Notes under the pieces: model-generated | Told to the model about the DNA's origin: nothing | What the model saw: only the letters and a program-made list of their open reading frames with translations | Databases searched by the model: none | Program-made: the position numbers and the translations under genes | Part shown: one piece after another, positions 40,404 to 50,626 of the stretch | Position numbering within the stretch: the stretch's first letter is position 1 | How the letters are laid out: each line of letters begins with the position of its first letter | Origin: a virus | Taxonomy: Duplodnaviria; Caudoviricetes | DNA: 57,669 bases | Reading direction: 5' to 3' (one strand) | IMG/VR virus record: IMGVR_UViG_3300033149_004313 | Span: 1 to 57,669 of that record

Positions 40404-40603
40404 TGAGTTTTCTCATTATTTTTTATAATGGGTTGCGTCAAGTGGTGGATTGTGGCGAACTCGATTCTCTATTGTTTGTTCAAGCGCCCACATCCACATG
40501 TCCTTGATTTCTTACACTATTTCTCTTTTACCCCATCCTGTTTTAGGGGTATGCTCAAAGTAGTTAATCAATACGTCTTTAAAATTTTTATCATCAGAGT
40601 AAG

Positions 40604-40972
40604 TCATGATTTTCTCCTTTCATCTACAATTCCAACGTTTGACTTTTCAAATCTTTCAATGAAATTCTTTGCCCTGCGGAGGGCTTCGTCTTTACCGAAC
40701 CTTCCACAGGGGCAAGGATCATTTTTTCCTAATCCTACATTTGCATGACAGAACAGGCATACATTTGAATTGAAAGAAAAACAAGTAGAATCAAGGAATT
40801 CTTCTAAAAACGCACCTGAACAATCTATGTCCTTCCGAGCAGGGCAGCATTTACACATCTTTGGATGCGCTATCACTTTCTTTAACTGTTCGATGTAGGC
40901 CCTCTGCTGCTCTATGGTGAGCCCGCAGGGGAACACTTCATCTGGTTCAGGCAATTTTTCATTCATTTTCAT
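40604..40972 (-). CDS. Cys-rich metal-binding protein, paralogue of 50883-51179
   Basis: CKCCPA...CLFC.ANVG...CPC. Confidence 0.65.
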   Translation of the reverse strand: MKMNEKLPEPDEVFPCGLTIEQQRAYIEQLKKVIAHPKMCKCCPARKDIDCSGAFLEEFLDSTCFSFNSNVCLFCHANVGLGKNDPCPCGRFGKDEALRRAKNFIERFEKSNVGIVDERRKS

Positions 40973-41257
40973 CCTCGTCTTTAAACAGAAAGCTCTCCAT
41001 ATATTGGACGATATTGAATATTCCTAAACTTCGCAGTTCACTATAGGTAGATTTATCTATACAAAGTGCTTTTAATGCCTCATACAGCGATGAAACCTCT
41101 GTACGAGAAAGAATTATAAACTCATTGCCTGATAGCATAGATTCTCCTTTATTAAATGGCGGTTGCCCAAGCCGCCCATCTTTTCTTGTTTCGGCATTTC
41201 CTAGGATGGTCTAGGGCTTCAAACAGGCGGGCACCTGTTTCCGCTCGTCAAGTTAAA

Positions 41258-42166
41258 TCACTCCTTAATTACTATAGATTTTTTTAGATCAATCAACAAA
41301 TTATCTTGCTGATCTTTATTAGCATTCAAGATATCCTCAATCGAAGAAAACCCATGCATACCCATTATTTCAAAATATTTAGCCCTATTTGCTGCTAGAA
41401 ATTTATTCAGTTGCGGAACAATACCATTGCTTTGTTCTTCTTGTTTTTTAGGTGGCCTACCTCTGCCTCTGGGCTTTAGTTGATCATTCTGAGATTCTGG
41501 AGGTGCTTCCGCTACCTCTGCATTGATAATATCAACTGGCATATCCTCAATATCTTGGGTGAAAATATCTGAGGCGGCCGTAGCATTTAAAGTAGCTGCA
41601 ATCAAAGAGCGCTTACAGGCCATTTTTACAAGAGTATTATCCAGATCCCAGGGATTATCGTTTTCAATTTGTTCAAAGATGAACCATCGATTTTTTCCAT
41701 TTTCATCTTTCTTTTTGCGGGGTTTGAATTGTGTGCCGCCTAATATATCAGGATCACGTTTATCCCAATATTCCTTTGGCACAGGACGGCCCGTATTCTC
41801 TGATCGATAGCGATATTTTGTTTCTCTGCTGTTACAAGAACCGACACCACTTGCAATGGGCCTGCCCGTGGGAATGTGAGTAAGAGAACATCTTACTGTA
41901 TAAGCTATAAAATCCTTTTCTCTCACCTCACGGATAATCTCATAATCGGGACCAAGCCGAAAGGTAAGGCACAGTTTTTCAGCTCCAGGTTTTAAAAGCG
42001 TAGGTTTATCCGTACCAGGAATAATGCCGTAGTGTTCATTTTCATGCATTATTTTTTTCATTATTTGTTGAATAAGATTCACCTGTTCTGTTAGATTGGC
42101 AAGAGGCATTGCCGATTCTTCTATATTTACAATCGGATGCTCTATGGTTGCTGGTGTATTCTGCAT
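41258..42166 (-). CDS. Single-strand annealing/recombination protein (RecT/Redbeta-superfamily-like)
   Basis: HYGIIPGTDKPTLLKPGAEKL, GVGSCNSRE, NTLVKMACKRSLIAA..ASDIFTQD.ED; adjacent exonuclease. Confidence 0.7.
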   Translation of the reverse strand: MQNTPATIEHPIVNIEESAMPLANLTEQVNLIQQIMKKIMHENEHYGIIPGTDKPTLLKPGAEKLCLTFRLGPDYEIIREVREKDFIAYTVRCSLTHIPTGRPIASGVGSCNSRETKYRYRSENTGRPVPKEYWDKRDPDILGGTQFKPRKKKDENGKNRWFIFEQIENDNPWDLDNTLVKMACKRSLIAATLNATAASDIFTQDIEDMPVDIINAEVAEAPPESQNDQLKPRGRGRPPKKQEEQSNGIVPQLNKFLAANRAKYFEIMGMHGFSSIEDILNANKDQQDNLLIDLKKSIVIKE

Positions 42167-42174
42167 GATACCTC

Positions 42175-42819
42175 CTATACTTTTTTCTTTAAAATTTTTT
42201 GTAATTTATGGAGTTCAAGAAGATGCTTAAAACATTCCCACGCTTCGGGTAAAATATCCCAATGGTGCCAATGCCAGGAAGCATCTTCTTTACCTATTCG
42301 TAAAAGATAAAATCCATTTAACTTATTGTCAGGATAATTTTCATTCCAGGCAACCTCATAAGCTGCAAGTTGCACTAGCATATCCTGATAAACTCCTCCA
42401 CCCGTTTTCCAATCGAATAGAGATAACTTACCTTTGATGAAAGCAGGGCAATCGGGAGTAGCGCCAAATTGCCATTTTTCTGATACAAGATGAATTTCAG
42501 TCTTAAACGGCTCAAATTGAACAGAATCTTTCCAATCAAGGAAATTCAAATAACAAGTTTCTGCTTTGTCAACCAATTCTTTATCGTATTTAGAACCGTC
42601 AAATTTTTTACCCTGAATGTCATATTCTATCATTTCATGCGCAATTGTGCCTGCATCTGCAGCCCTTTGAGATGTATCTCTGAAATTGCGGTTTTCCATC
42701 CCCTCATTCCAGGCCCAATACATAAGGGCTTGTTTGTTCCAACCTAGATTTTGACTTATAACGGTGGTTACCCCAGGGATTCTTTTACCTTTGCTATTTC
42801 TATAATTTATTGTCGGCAT
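42175..42819 (-). CDS. PD-(D/E)XK exonuclease (Cas4-like phage recombination nuclease)
   Basis: PGVTTVI, GTIAH, E...GATPD...LFDWKT, QLAAY. Confidence 0.85.
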   Translation of the reverse strand: MPTINYRNSKGKRIPGVTTVISQNLGWNKQALMYWAWNEGMENRNFRDTSQRAADAGTIAHEMIEYDIQGKKFDGSKYDKELVDKAETCYLNFLDWKDSVQFEPFKTEIHLVSEKWQFGATPDCPAFIKGKLSLFDWKTGGGVYQDMLVQLAAYEVAWNENYPDNKLNGFYLLRIGKEDASWHWHHWDILPEAWECFKHLLELHKLQKILKKKV

Positions 42820-42960
42820 TTTCTCCCCTTTCCAGAAATCTATTTTCTCTTCTATGCGGGCAGCTTTTTAAACATCTAAATGATTTTTTCTGCTGCCTCG
42901 CAAGGCACTGCTCTTTACTTATGATATGCCCCTTTTTGGGGCAGGAAATTAAATGAGGGC

Positions 42961-45147
42961 TCATTTTAATAGCTGATTGGTAGTTGACGGAAGCATCTCT
43001 TTTACTTTGTTTGTGATATGATCTAAACTACCTTCCAGCCTTGTGTTTAGTGGAGAGCCGCACCATAAACCTCTAATTATTTGCAAGTCGTTTTTATTTC
43101 CATGCCCATGATACCACACATCATAAGTGAAATACCAAGGAATATCTGGTGGCATTATTTTTTGTAATTCGCTTATGAAATCATTAATTTTCATCATATC
43201 CCTCCAGTTAGAAGATACATATCTCCCATCAAAGAGCCTAATGAGAGAAACATAGTTACTAGGCTCTGCTCACGGTAGAGCAGATAAAGGGTTGCTATAG
43301 TGCTAAGTAAGGAGAGCATTCAATTAGTAAATCCATTCAAGTGTTTCCGGATTAATGTCACATGAATTGCAAAATTCTGTATATGACATTTTCCCGTCCA
43401 AAACTGTGATTATATTCTTAAGTTGTGATCGCAAAGTTCTGCCATCACAATCGCTCCAATCCCCTCGCCAAGCAGAACCAAGAGCGATTAAACAATCTTT
43501 CGCAATTTCAATTCTCATATCTTTATCACTCAAAACATCCTCCTTTCCCTAAAGATAAGTTTTAGAACTTGAGAGAGCATTTTTTCAACCTGCAAAGGCT
43601 GTTAATGCCTCTAGGGTCTGGTTTAAAGTTAAAATCACTGAATCCAATGAATCTAAAATTCTTGATCCTGCTTCAGGGGGTATTGATTTTTTAATTGTTA
43701 CAGGATATTTTATTGGAGAATGAAGTGTAAGACTTTTATCCCTTATTAGATTTGACATAGATTGAATTTGCTCTATCTTCGCTTCAATAATTTCTAAATC
43801 ACATACTTCTGCATCCTTTTCCATAACATCTCCTTTCCCTTGGGGCAGGTGGAGGGTAAACCTGCCCCTTTGCTTATAGTAGGGCTAGGGTAGCCCGTAG
43901 AAAGAGTATGCGAATATTAACTATAGCTTGTAAGTTTGTTTTTTGAACCTCCCTTTTTAGTTCACGTTTATACCCTTGCCGCTTGTCCCTCTTTCGTCCT
44001 CGTAAGGCTGCGGTCGGGACTGGACCGTATGTTTAATCTCTAATTTTCACCATTGCCTGAGCTCTCGCCCTGAGCACGGGAGGGAAAAGAGATTAATTGC
44101 TGTGTATAATATCTGATTTGCCTTTCTGCTTGTTTGATATTTTGGCGAACATTATGCTTTTGAATATCTATCAGTCCTGGGAGCCATTGGTCAAACTTGA
44201 TACTGTCATCAAGATACCATTCCCAATATTTCAATCTCGCTTTTATTCTGGTCAATCTGTCCTTGCTACAACACCCACATCCAACACAAATTTCACCAAA
44301 ACTCCATAGGGTGGCATAACAACTCTTTTTAGCGGGAATATCAATATAGCTATTCATACTTTTTCCTGCGGCATATTTCTCTCTTCGCACCTTATATCCC
44401 TCATTAGGTCCATGATTTTTCTTTCCACAAGTTGCATGACATTAAAAATTCTGCCAACTTTATCGGTTCCTGGTGTCTCTAAGCTTTCTTCTACTATAAG
44501 ATTTACTATTTTATCTATTCCGTTCATCAGGCATATTAGTTTCCGTGCACTTCCTCGCCCTCTCATAGACCTCATCAATGAGGAGGTCCATTGCTTCGTC
44601 TAGCTCTTGAGCGTCCATAGGGGCAAAGAGTGCCCGGAGAGTATTGATTTGGTTTTCATTTAAGTGGGCCATAATTTATCACATTGACTGTAGCAGATAA
44701 ATTACGATAAGTCCTATAAGAACCCAAGGGATAAGGAGTTTCACAATTTCTGAATTAGTCATAGGTTGACCTCCGTCGCTTGATTAAAGGTCTTCCGATA
44801 CTGCCAACGCCGGTTAAAATACTTGGCGTTTATAGTACAGATTTTCTCGATTTGCTCAACAGGTAGGAAGGTGGCATCCAAGATTGCTACCTTTTTTGAG
44901 TTGTGGAGGTAGGGATAACCTCCATCCTTGCTTTCGTAGAAGTCGATATAAAATCGCTCTTCCATCATTGATCATCCTCTATAGGCCTCTCAAGGCGATC
45001 CTCGTACTTAAGCCATTCGCCACACTGAGGACAATGAGTAATAGGCTTATTTTGATTGATATCTAAAAAGGTAGGAATATATGCCAAGCCATTCCATTTA
45101 AATTCAACCAGAACCTTGGCTCCGCATTTACAAAAGTGTACGTACAT
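42961..45147 (-). other. Cluster of small hypothetical CDS (42961-43197, 43324-43533, 43585-43824, 44040-44357, 44354-44539, 44759-44968, 44965-45147 zinc ribbon)
   Basis: Co-oriented ORFs with GGAGG/AGGAG RBS and intergenic hairpins. Confidence 0.6.
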
Positions 45148-45191
45148 TAAATGGCCTCCATTCTTGAGAGGTTTTCTTTTATGGTGTTTAG

Positions 45192-45220
45192 ATGATAGTA
45201 CAAATTGTCCTACTATGCAA
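45192..45220 (-). promoter_or_regulatory. Leftward promoter with an operator in its spacer
   Basis: TTGCAT-17 bp-TATCAT on the minus strand; GTACAAATTGTCC at 45198-45210. Confidence 0.7.
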
Positions 45221-45360
45221 GTACGGAAATGAGCGACAATAGATGATAAGAGGTAATTTATTGCTTGTTATTGGCTTATTTCTTTTAATTTCTTAAAATA
45301 TTAAAGATTATCTAATGATTTCTCATTATGGCGATAACAATTGATCATCAAAATATTTTC

Positions 45361-45395
45361 TTGACAAATCCTTCAGAAAGTGGTACAAATTGTCC
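45361..45395 (+). promoter_or_regulatory. Rightward promoter with an operator over its -10
   Basis: TTGACA-17 bp-TACAAA with extended TG; second GTACAAATTGTCC at 45383-45395. Confidence 0.7.
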
Positions 45396-45396
45396 C

Positions 45397-45654
45397 ATGG
45401 ATAATTATGACCTTTTAGAGAAACATTTCGGCAATCACACCAAGGTAGCCCAAAGGCTGAGGATTACTCCTCGGCATTACCGCAGGATCCGAAATGGGCA
45501 ACTCAAACCATCCAAAACATTGAATGCCTTGATTCAATTTATTGTTAAGGATATAAAGGCCAAGAATCCTAACCGATTTTATTCTAATAACCCCACACCT
45601 AATAGAAAAGGAATAAAGAGGCTATTTAATCTCTTTAAAGGAGGGAGAAAATGA
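45397..45654 (+). CDS. Cro-like HTH transcriptional regulator
   Basis: HFGNHTKVAQRLRITPRHYRRIRNG HTH; first gene after the divergent promoters. Confidence 0.7.
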   Translation: MDNYDLLEKHFGNHTKVAQRLRITPRHYRRIRNGQLKPSKTLNALIQFIVKDIKAKNPNRFYSNNPTPNRKGIKRLFNLFKGGRK

Positions 45655-45893
45655 GCGAATGGAAAAGAATTTATAATTTCAAAGACCACATGCTAGACAT
45701 CTCTGTTGGCATGTGGCCTATGGACAGTCGTGTTTATTTCACTGTCGGGGGGCTAGAACCCGAAGATCTAATAGACCAAAATATTGAGTTTGGTCTATCA
45801 ATAGAAGGGCTTGAGCGCATACTGAGAGAGGCCAAGAAAGTGGCTTATAAGAGGCCTTACAAATGGGAGGCGAGACCTACTAGTACCTTATAG
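45651..45893 (+). CDS. Hypothetical protein
   Basis: RBS AGGAGG; ATGA overlap. Confidence 0.6.
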   Translation: MSEWKRIYNFKDHMLDISVGMWPMDSRVYFTVGGLEPEDLIDQNIEFGLSIEGLERILREAKKVAYKRPYKWEARPTSTL

Positions 45894-45928
45894 AGGGAAT
45901 ACAAGGGAGACTTTTCATATATTATACT

Positions 45929-46265
45929 GTTAGCCATTAAGAAAGGAGACATTATGAACAAAGGCAAGTTAATATTCCAAACCAAACCAGACAGAGGCTT
46001 TATTTTTAAAGCCTGGGAGTTACCCGATTCAAATGGTGATGCTCTGGTTGAAGTAGAACGAGACAAAAAGGTCATACGAAGTTTTAGCTTCCCAGCCTAT
46101 AAGGTCTGGAATATCCCTGCACATTCTGATGATATTATTCAAAGCGAATTAAACAAAGATGCTGAAGGATATATAATTGCTGGTTCAGATGGGCTTGGCG
46201 GGAATGTTTTTGGCTAACCAGCCATTTGAGCCGCCGTTTTCGGTCAGCTCAGCTAAATGTTATGT
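45929..46265 (+). mobile_element. Integron-like gene cassette carrying ORF 45954-46217, closed by an attC-like site (46212-46265)
   Basis: Begins GTTAGCC; the ORF stop lies in the complementary GGCTAAC; followed by TGAGC..hairpin..GCTCA and GTTATGT. Confidence 0.7.
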
Positions 46266-46373
46266 GTGCATCGAGGGCATATTGATGTGTACCATCCGGA
46301 GGAGCGCATCTTAATAATTGATAACAATTAGATATGAGCGACCTGGACACACATAACTACCACAAAGGAGTAT

Positions 46374-46574
46374 ATGATGGAATTTAAAATCCAGTTTTTT
46401 GGTCGTGTATTTTCTATATCTATTGGTCATAAAACTTATTGGTTTGAACAATTACCACTAATTTTGATTGTTGAAGAATTTTATAATGAACGCCGAGAAG
46501 TAGATTATGCCAACTATATATGGAGTACGGCTGACTGGCCGTTCCACTTAACTGCTAAAAGGCATAGCAAGTGA
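46374..46574 (+). CDS. Hypothetical protein whose C-terminus reads into an attC-like site
   Basis: RBS AAGGAG; ends ADWPFHLTAKRHSK. Confidence 0.55.
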   Translation: MMEFKIQFFGRVFSISIGHKTYWFEQLPLILIVEEFYNERREVDYANYIWSTADWPFHLTAKRHSK

Positions 46575-46588
46575 TCTAATCGTTATGT
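46529..46588 (+). mobile_element. Second attC-like site (60 bp, degenerate R'')
   Basis: GGCTGAC-5 nt-GTTCCACT...TGCT..AGCA..AGTGATC-5 nt-GTTATGT. Confidence 0.65.
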
Positions 46589-46693
46589 GGAATAATGCTG
46601 GCCCCGAATATGGATAAGCGTAAGCGAAGAGATAGTTGTATATGACTATCACCAGCTTATTCCACACAGTTTATGTAAGCGTTACACAACACT

Positions 46694-48637
46694 TTGAAAG
46701 GAGAAATTATGAGCGGTGGAAGTTATGACTATCTTTACATTAAAATGGAAGATGCTGCCGAAACATTAAGTAATGACAAAAACCCTTTGCGGAAAGCATT
46801 CGCTAGAAAGTTACAACTTTTTGCAAAAGCTATGCATGATATTGAGTGGGTTGATTCTTATGATTATGGTCCTGGTGATGATGAAAAAGCAATTAGGCAG
46901 GCACTTGGAAAGAATGCTGATAAGCTAGCGCTGCAGGAAGTTGTATTAGCGGCTGAGGCAATTAAAAAAGATTTATCTAAATATAATAAAGCTAACAAAT
47001 TAATCTATAGCATTATTTGGAGAAATATAATGAAATATCCTTTCTGGAAAACAAACGTCTACTGGCGATTTAAAGGTGAGAAGACCTACCGTTATGGATA
47101 TCCAACACAAATGAATAATGGACTTGTTCGTATGGGTAGGTGGCATGGTGATATAGCAGGTGGAATAATTGTTGATATAAGGGATATCGAAGTCAAATGA
47201 GAAAAATAGCAATGTGGTTAATCAATAATATTCCGCTTGGCAAACTTGCTCCACATATATTTGGCTATGCTATCGGAGCAACGAGCTGGGCGAAAGTAAG
47301 TAAATATGAAAATAAAAAAAGTAGCAGAAGATATAGTTAATGATTTGAACAGCCTTGAAAATAGAACGAAGGCTATTCAAAAGCTGGCAACCCCGTATAA
47401 AGAAAAGCAAATTGAAATCGTGTCTAATCACTTGCATCTTTTAGTAAGCAAAGCGGCTCAACAAAACAAAAACTTTAACTAAGGAGAAAAAAATGAAAGG
47501 CACAAGAGAGACAAGCTATGCTTACGTTGGAGATAATAAAGCGACAGATAAGAATACATCGCCAAGGTTTAAAGTAGGCGATAAAGCTCTTGTTCCTTAT
47601 AAAGGAAAAATAATCTCACAAACTGTCAACAATGTTTTTTGGGATGAGGAGTTCGGTGGCTGGCTCGTATGCTGCTATTTAATTGGCATACATGAGCAAA
47701 ATTTTATACATGAATCTGAAAGAGATGATTGGATACCTCACGAGGATGGATTGTGGTCATGGTGGGAGAAAAAAGAATAAGAATTTTTACCGAAAGGACT
47801 TAAAATGAAAAACACGCCAATAACCGTACAAATGTCAGTCGATGTGAAGGCAGCGTATAAGTGGGTTAGAAATCAGCAACATGAGACTAGGGCGTTGAGA
47901 TATGCTAAAATATTAGCTGACTACATTGATCAAACGAAAGTTTGTGTCGATTACTGGAATGTAACACAACTTGCGGATAAAATGCCGTTCCTCAGCTATT
48001 ATAAGGAGGAAAATAAACCATGACAGTGTCTGATCCGGATTATTAACCAATGACCACTTCCCGAACCTACGTATGCATATGCCGCAATTGTGGGGACGCT
48101 TTCCAAGCCAAAAGCGCCATGACCGGATGGTGTCCTAAGCCCGAATGCCAAGAGGCTAGAAGGGTTCACAAGCTACAATATGACAATAACTACCACAAGG
48201 CCAACTATCGGAGATACTACAAGCAAAACCAAAAAGTACGTAGTTCGCCTAAGCTAAAGTCCAAGCAAAAGAAAAAACGCCGATGTCTGAAATGTAGAAC
48301 CTTCTTTAAACCTAAAAATGATGAACATTTCTGCGAGATATGTGATCGGCTGAGAAGAAACTACACTGAAGATGACTGGTATGGGCAAGAGTTGGGGATC
48401 ATTTAAATGCCCAATCATATCATGGCACCTATAATTGAAGCATGGAAGGAGATGAAAAAAGAAATGGAAAAAGAAAGGCGAATTAAGAAACTTGAAGATG
48501 CTTTGAAAGCTATTTGGATATGGGCTGAATACGATTTAGAGGAAGGAAAGTGTTTGGCGTTGAATCCTAAAGATGTGATCAAGCTCTGTGAGAGGATGTT
48601 GACAAATAAGAAAGAGATGAAGGATAAGCCCGAATGA
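46694..48637 (+). other. Cluster of small hypothetical CDS (46709-47200, 47493-47780, 47805-48023, 48050-48406 Cys-rich, 48407-48637, plus short ORFs at about 47197-47480)
   Basis: Co-oriented ORFs with RBS; 46709 starts MSGGSYDYLY. Confidence 0.6.
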
Positions 48638-49062
48638 AACTCATAATCCTGGGCAAACCGATTGCTAAGGCTAGACCGAAATTTTATCGCAGAGGTAATT
48701 TCGTAGGTGCATACAATCCGCAGGAAACTGAAGAAGGCCGATGGCTCTTAGACGCAACGCAGCAGCTAAAAGCAAATGGCTTTGTTAGGATTGATGAGGG
48801 GCCTGTCATGCTCAATCTAGTCTTTATCATGCCTATTACAAAGACATGGCCCAAGTATAAAATCGAACAAATTAGAAATAGAGAAAAGCTCTTTTGGCAT
48901 ACTAAAAAACGTGACGATTTGGATAATTGTATCAAATTCGTTTTGGATTGTTTAAATGGTATTGCCTACCGAGATGATAGTCAGGTGGTAGCCATAAATG
49001 CTATGAAATATTACGGACTAGAAGCAAGGACAGAGATAGAGATAAAGGAGATAAACGTATAA
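48634..49062 (+). CDS. rusA: RusA-family Holliday junction resolvase
   Basis: GKPIAKARP, KKRDDLDNCIKFVLDCLNGIAYRDDSQVV. Confidence 0.9.
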   Translation: MKLIILGKPIAKARPKFYRRGNFVGAYNPQETEEGRWLLDATQQLKANGFVRIDEGPVMLNLVFIMPITKTWPKYKIEQIRNREKLFWHTKKRDDLDNCIKFVLDCLNGIAYRDDSQVVAINAMKYYGLEARTEIEIKEINV

Positions 49063-49066
49063 AGAG

Positions 49067-49933
49067 GTGAATAACATGAAATGTTTTTATCACTCAGCGG
49101 ACCTTGATGGTCATTGTTCAGGAGCTATAGTCAAATATAAATATCCTAAATGTGAGATGATAGGAATTGACTATGGCGATGAATTCCCATGGGATAAACT
49201 AGATGAAGATAATGAGCCTATATTTATGGTTGATTTTTCATTAGAACCTTTTGAAAAAATGGTTCAATTACAACGATTAAGCGATAATAGACTCATTTGG
49301 ATTGATCACCATAAATCAGCGATAGAAGCTCATAAAGATTGGAACAATAATCATCCAGAATATTTAGCTATCGATGGCGTTAGAAAGATCGGGATAGGCG
49401 CTTGTGCACTCACTTGGAAATATTTATTTGCTGAACCAATTCCTAGAGCGGTCAAATTATTAGCGGAATATGATGTATGGAAATTAGATGATCCTTCTAC
49501 TTTACGTTTTCAGTATGGTATGAGGCTTTATAATACTAATCCAGAAAATCAAGATTTTTGGAAGTCGCTTTTTGAAATTCGTTTACGATCTAGTATTCTT
49601 GTTGAAGGCGAAATATGCTTACAATTTCTATCTAAACAAAATAAAAGATACTGTGATTTAAATACTATAGAAATATATTTTAGCGGCCTACACTGTATAG
49701 CTCTTAATCTCGGAAAACCTTATATAAGTTCATCAGCATTTAAACATGTTTGGGATTCAGAGAAATATGACGCCATGCTAGGGTTTTGCAGAAAAGATAA
49801 AATATGGGAAGTGAATCTATATACAGACAAAGATCATATTGATCTATCTATTATTGCTAAAGCTTACGGTGGGGGAGGCCACGAAAAAGCCGCTGGGTTC
49901 CAATGTGAAAAGTTGCCATTTGATCTTTCTTAA
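49067..49933 (+). CDS. DHH/DHHA1 family phosphoesterase (nanoRNase-like)
   Basis: YHSADLDG, MVDFS, WIDHH, YDVW, GGGGHEKAAGF. Confidence 0.9.
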   Translation: MNNMKCFYHSADLDGHCSGAIVKYKYPKCEMIGIDYGDEFPWDKLDEDNEPIFMVDFSLEPFEKMVQLQRLSDNRLIWIDHHKSAIEAHKDWNNNHPEYLAIDGVRKIGIGACALTWKYLFAEPIPRAVKLLAEYDVWKLDDPSTLRFQYGMRLYNTNPENQDFWKSLFEIRLRSSILVEGEICLQFLSKQNKRYCDLNTIEIYFSGLHCIALNLGKPYISSSAFKHVWDSEKYDAMLGFCRKDKIWEVNLYTDKDHIDLSIIAKAYGGGGHEKAAGFQCEKLPFDLS

Positions 49934-50029
49934 TAGAATATTGCGTATAGATACGGGACAGACAGGTGAGGGGAGGTGAGGCGAGGCCAAAAGGTCATTG
50001 CGGACCTAGTGTAACCTGATAGTCCCGTT

Positions 50030-50067
50030 AAAAATCCCCCTGCCGGCTCTTCCCAAACCGGCAGGGG
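50030..50067 (-). terminator. Intrinsic terminator between convergent operons
   Basis: CCCCTGCCGG/CCGGCAGGGG 10-bp stem, followed by a T run on the minus strand. Confidence 0.65.
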
Positions 50068-50089
50068 CAGGGAAGGGATTAAAAACTTA

Positions 50090-50284
50090 CTAAATTTCTT
50101 TTTCCCATGAAGCTCTATCTTTAAACTGAGTGTATTCGGCTACGATGGCTTCGCATATTCTTACTGTCCAATCAAGGGAACCTGCTTGCATTTCCCCTGA
50201 TTCCAGTTTTTTCCTAAAGCTTTCCATTTGCTCTAAAATTGCCAAGGCTATTATATCATTGTTCGATAGTTCGTTGGCTTTCAT
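50090..50284 (-). CDS. Hypothetical protein
   Basis: RBS AAGGAG; last gene of the leftward operon. Confidence 0.6.
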   Translation of the reverse strand: MKANELSNNDIIALAILEQMESFRKKLESGEMQAGSLDWTVRICEAIVAEYTQFKDRASWEKEI

Positions 50285-50457
50285 CTCTCGGTCTCCTTTT
50301 CTCTCAATGTTAGATCATAACAGTTAAAAGAGCAAAACCATTTCCCTTTCGCCTTTTGAGGTAGATCTTTATCAGCAGCCCACGAGCCGTTAGCTTTTCG
50401 GCCTTCTCCAGGAACTATTGGCGACCTACCGCATCTATAGCATTTAAATTTTCTCAT
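50281..50457 (-). CDS. 58-aa zinc-finger protein (CxxC...FCSxxC; not in the ORF track)
   Basis: MRKFKCYRCGR...WFCSFNCY; ATGA overlaps on both sides. Confidence 0.65.
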   Translation of the reverse strand: MRKFKCYRCGRSPIVPGEGRKANGSWAADKDLPQKAKGKWFCSFNCYDLTLREKETER

Positions 50458-50606
50458 CTCTCAACCTCCTTTCTTTCAGCCTCCCTTATCCATTCTAGGA
50501 TAAGGCCGGTGAGAAGTTCCTTCAAAGTTATACCCCTAGCCGCAACCATGGACTTGAGGCGGTTTCGGAATTCTTTTTCTATTCTGATGTTTAGATTTAC
50601 TTCCAT
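50454..50606 (-). CDS. 50-aa ribbon-helix-helix (ParG/CopG-like) regulator (not in the ORF track)
   Basis: MEVNLNIRIEKEFRNRLKSMVAARGITLKELLTGLILEWI; RBS AAAGGAG. Confidence 0.8.
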   Translation of the reverse strand: MEVNLNIRIEKEFRNRLKSMVAARGITLKELLTGLILEWIREAERKEVER

Positions 50607-50626
50607 GATGATCTCCTTTCTTCTTT

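Noticed and set aside
40700-40735. SecA fragment (SEC-C motif)
   Set aside because: The motif lacks the SGKKYKxC continuation, and the paralogue keeps only CPC; likely convergent
42175-42819. Cas4-like nuclease as evidence of a CRISPR-Cas system
   Set aside because: No cas1/cas2 or array; it is paired with an annealing protein as a normal phage recombination module
43975-44035. Hammerhead-like CCTTACGAGGACGAAA on the minus strand
   Set aside because: The required CUGANGA core upstream of stem II is absent
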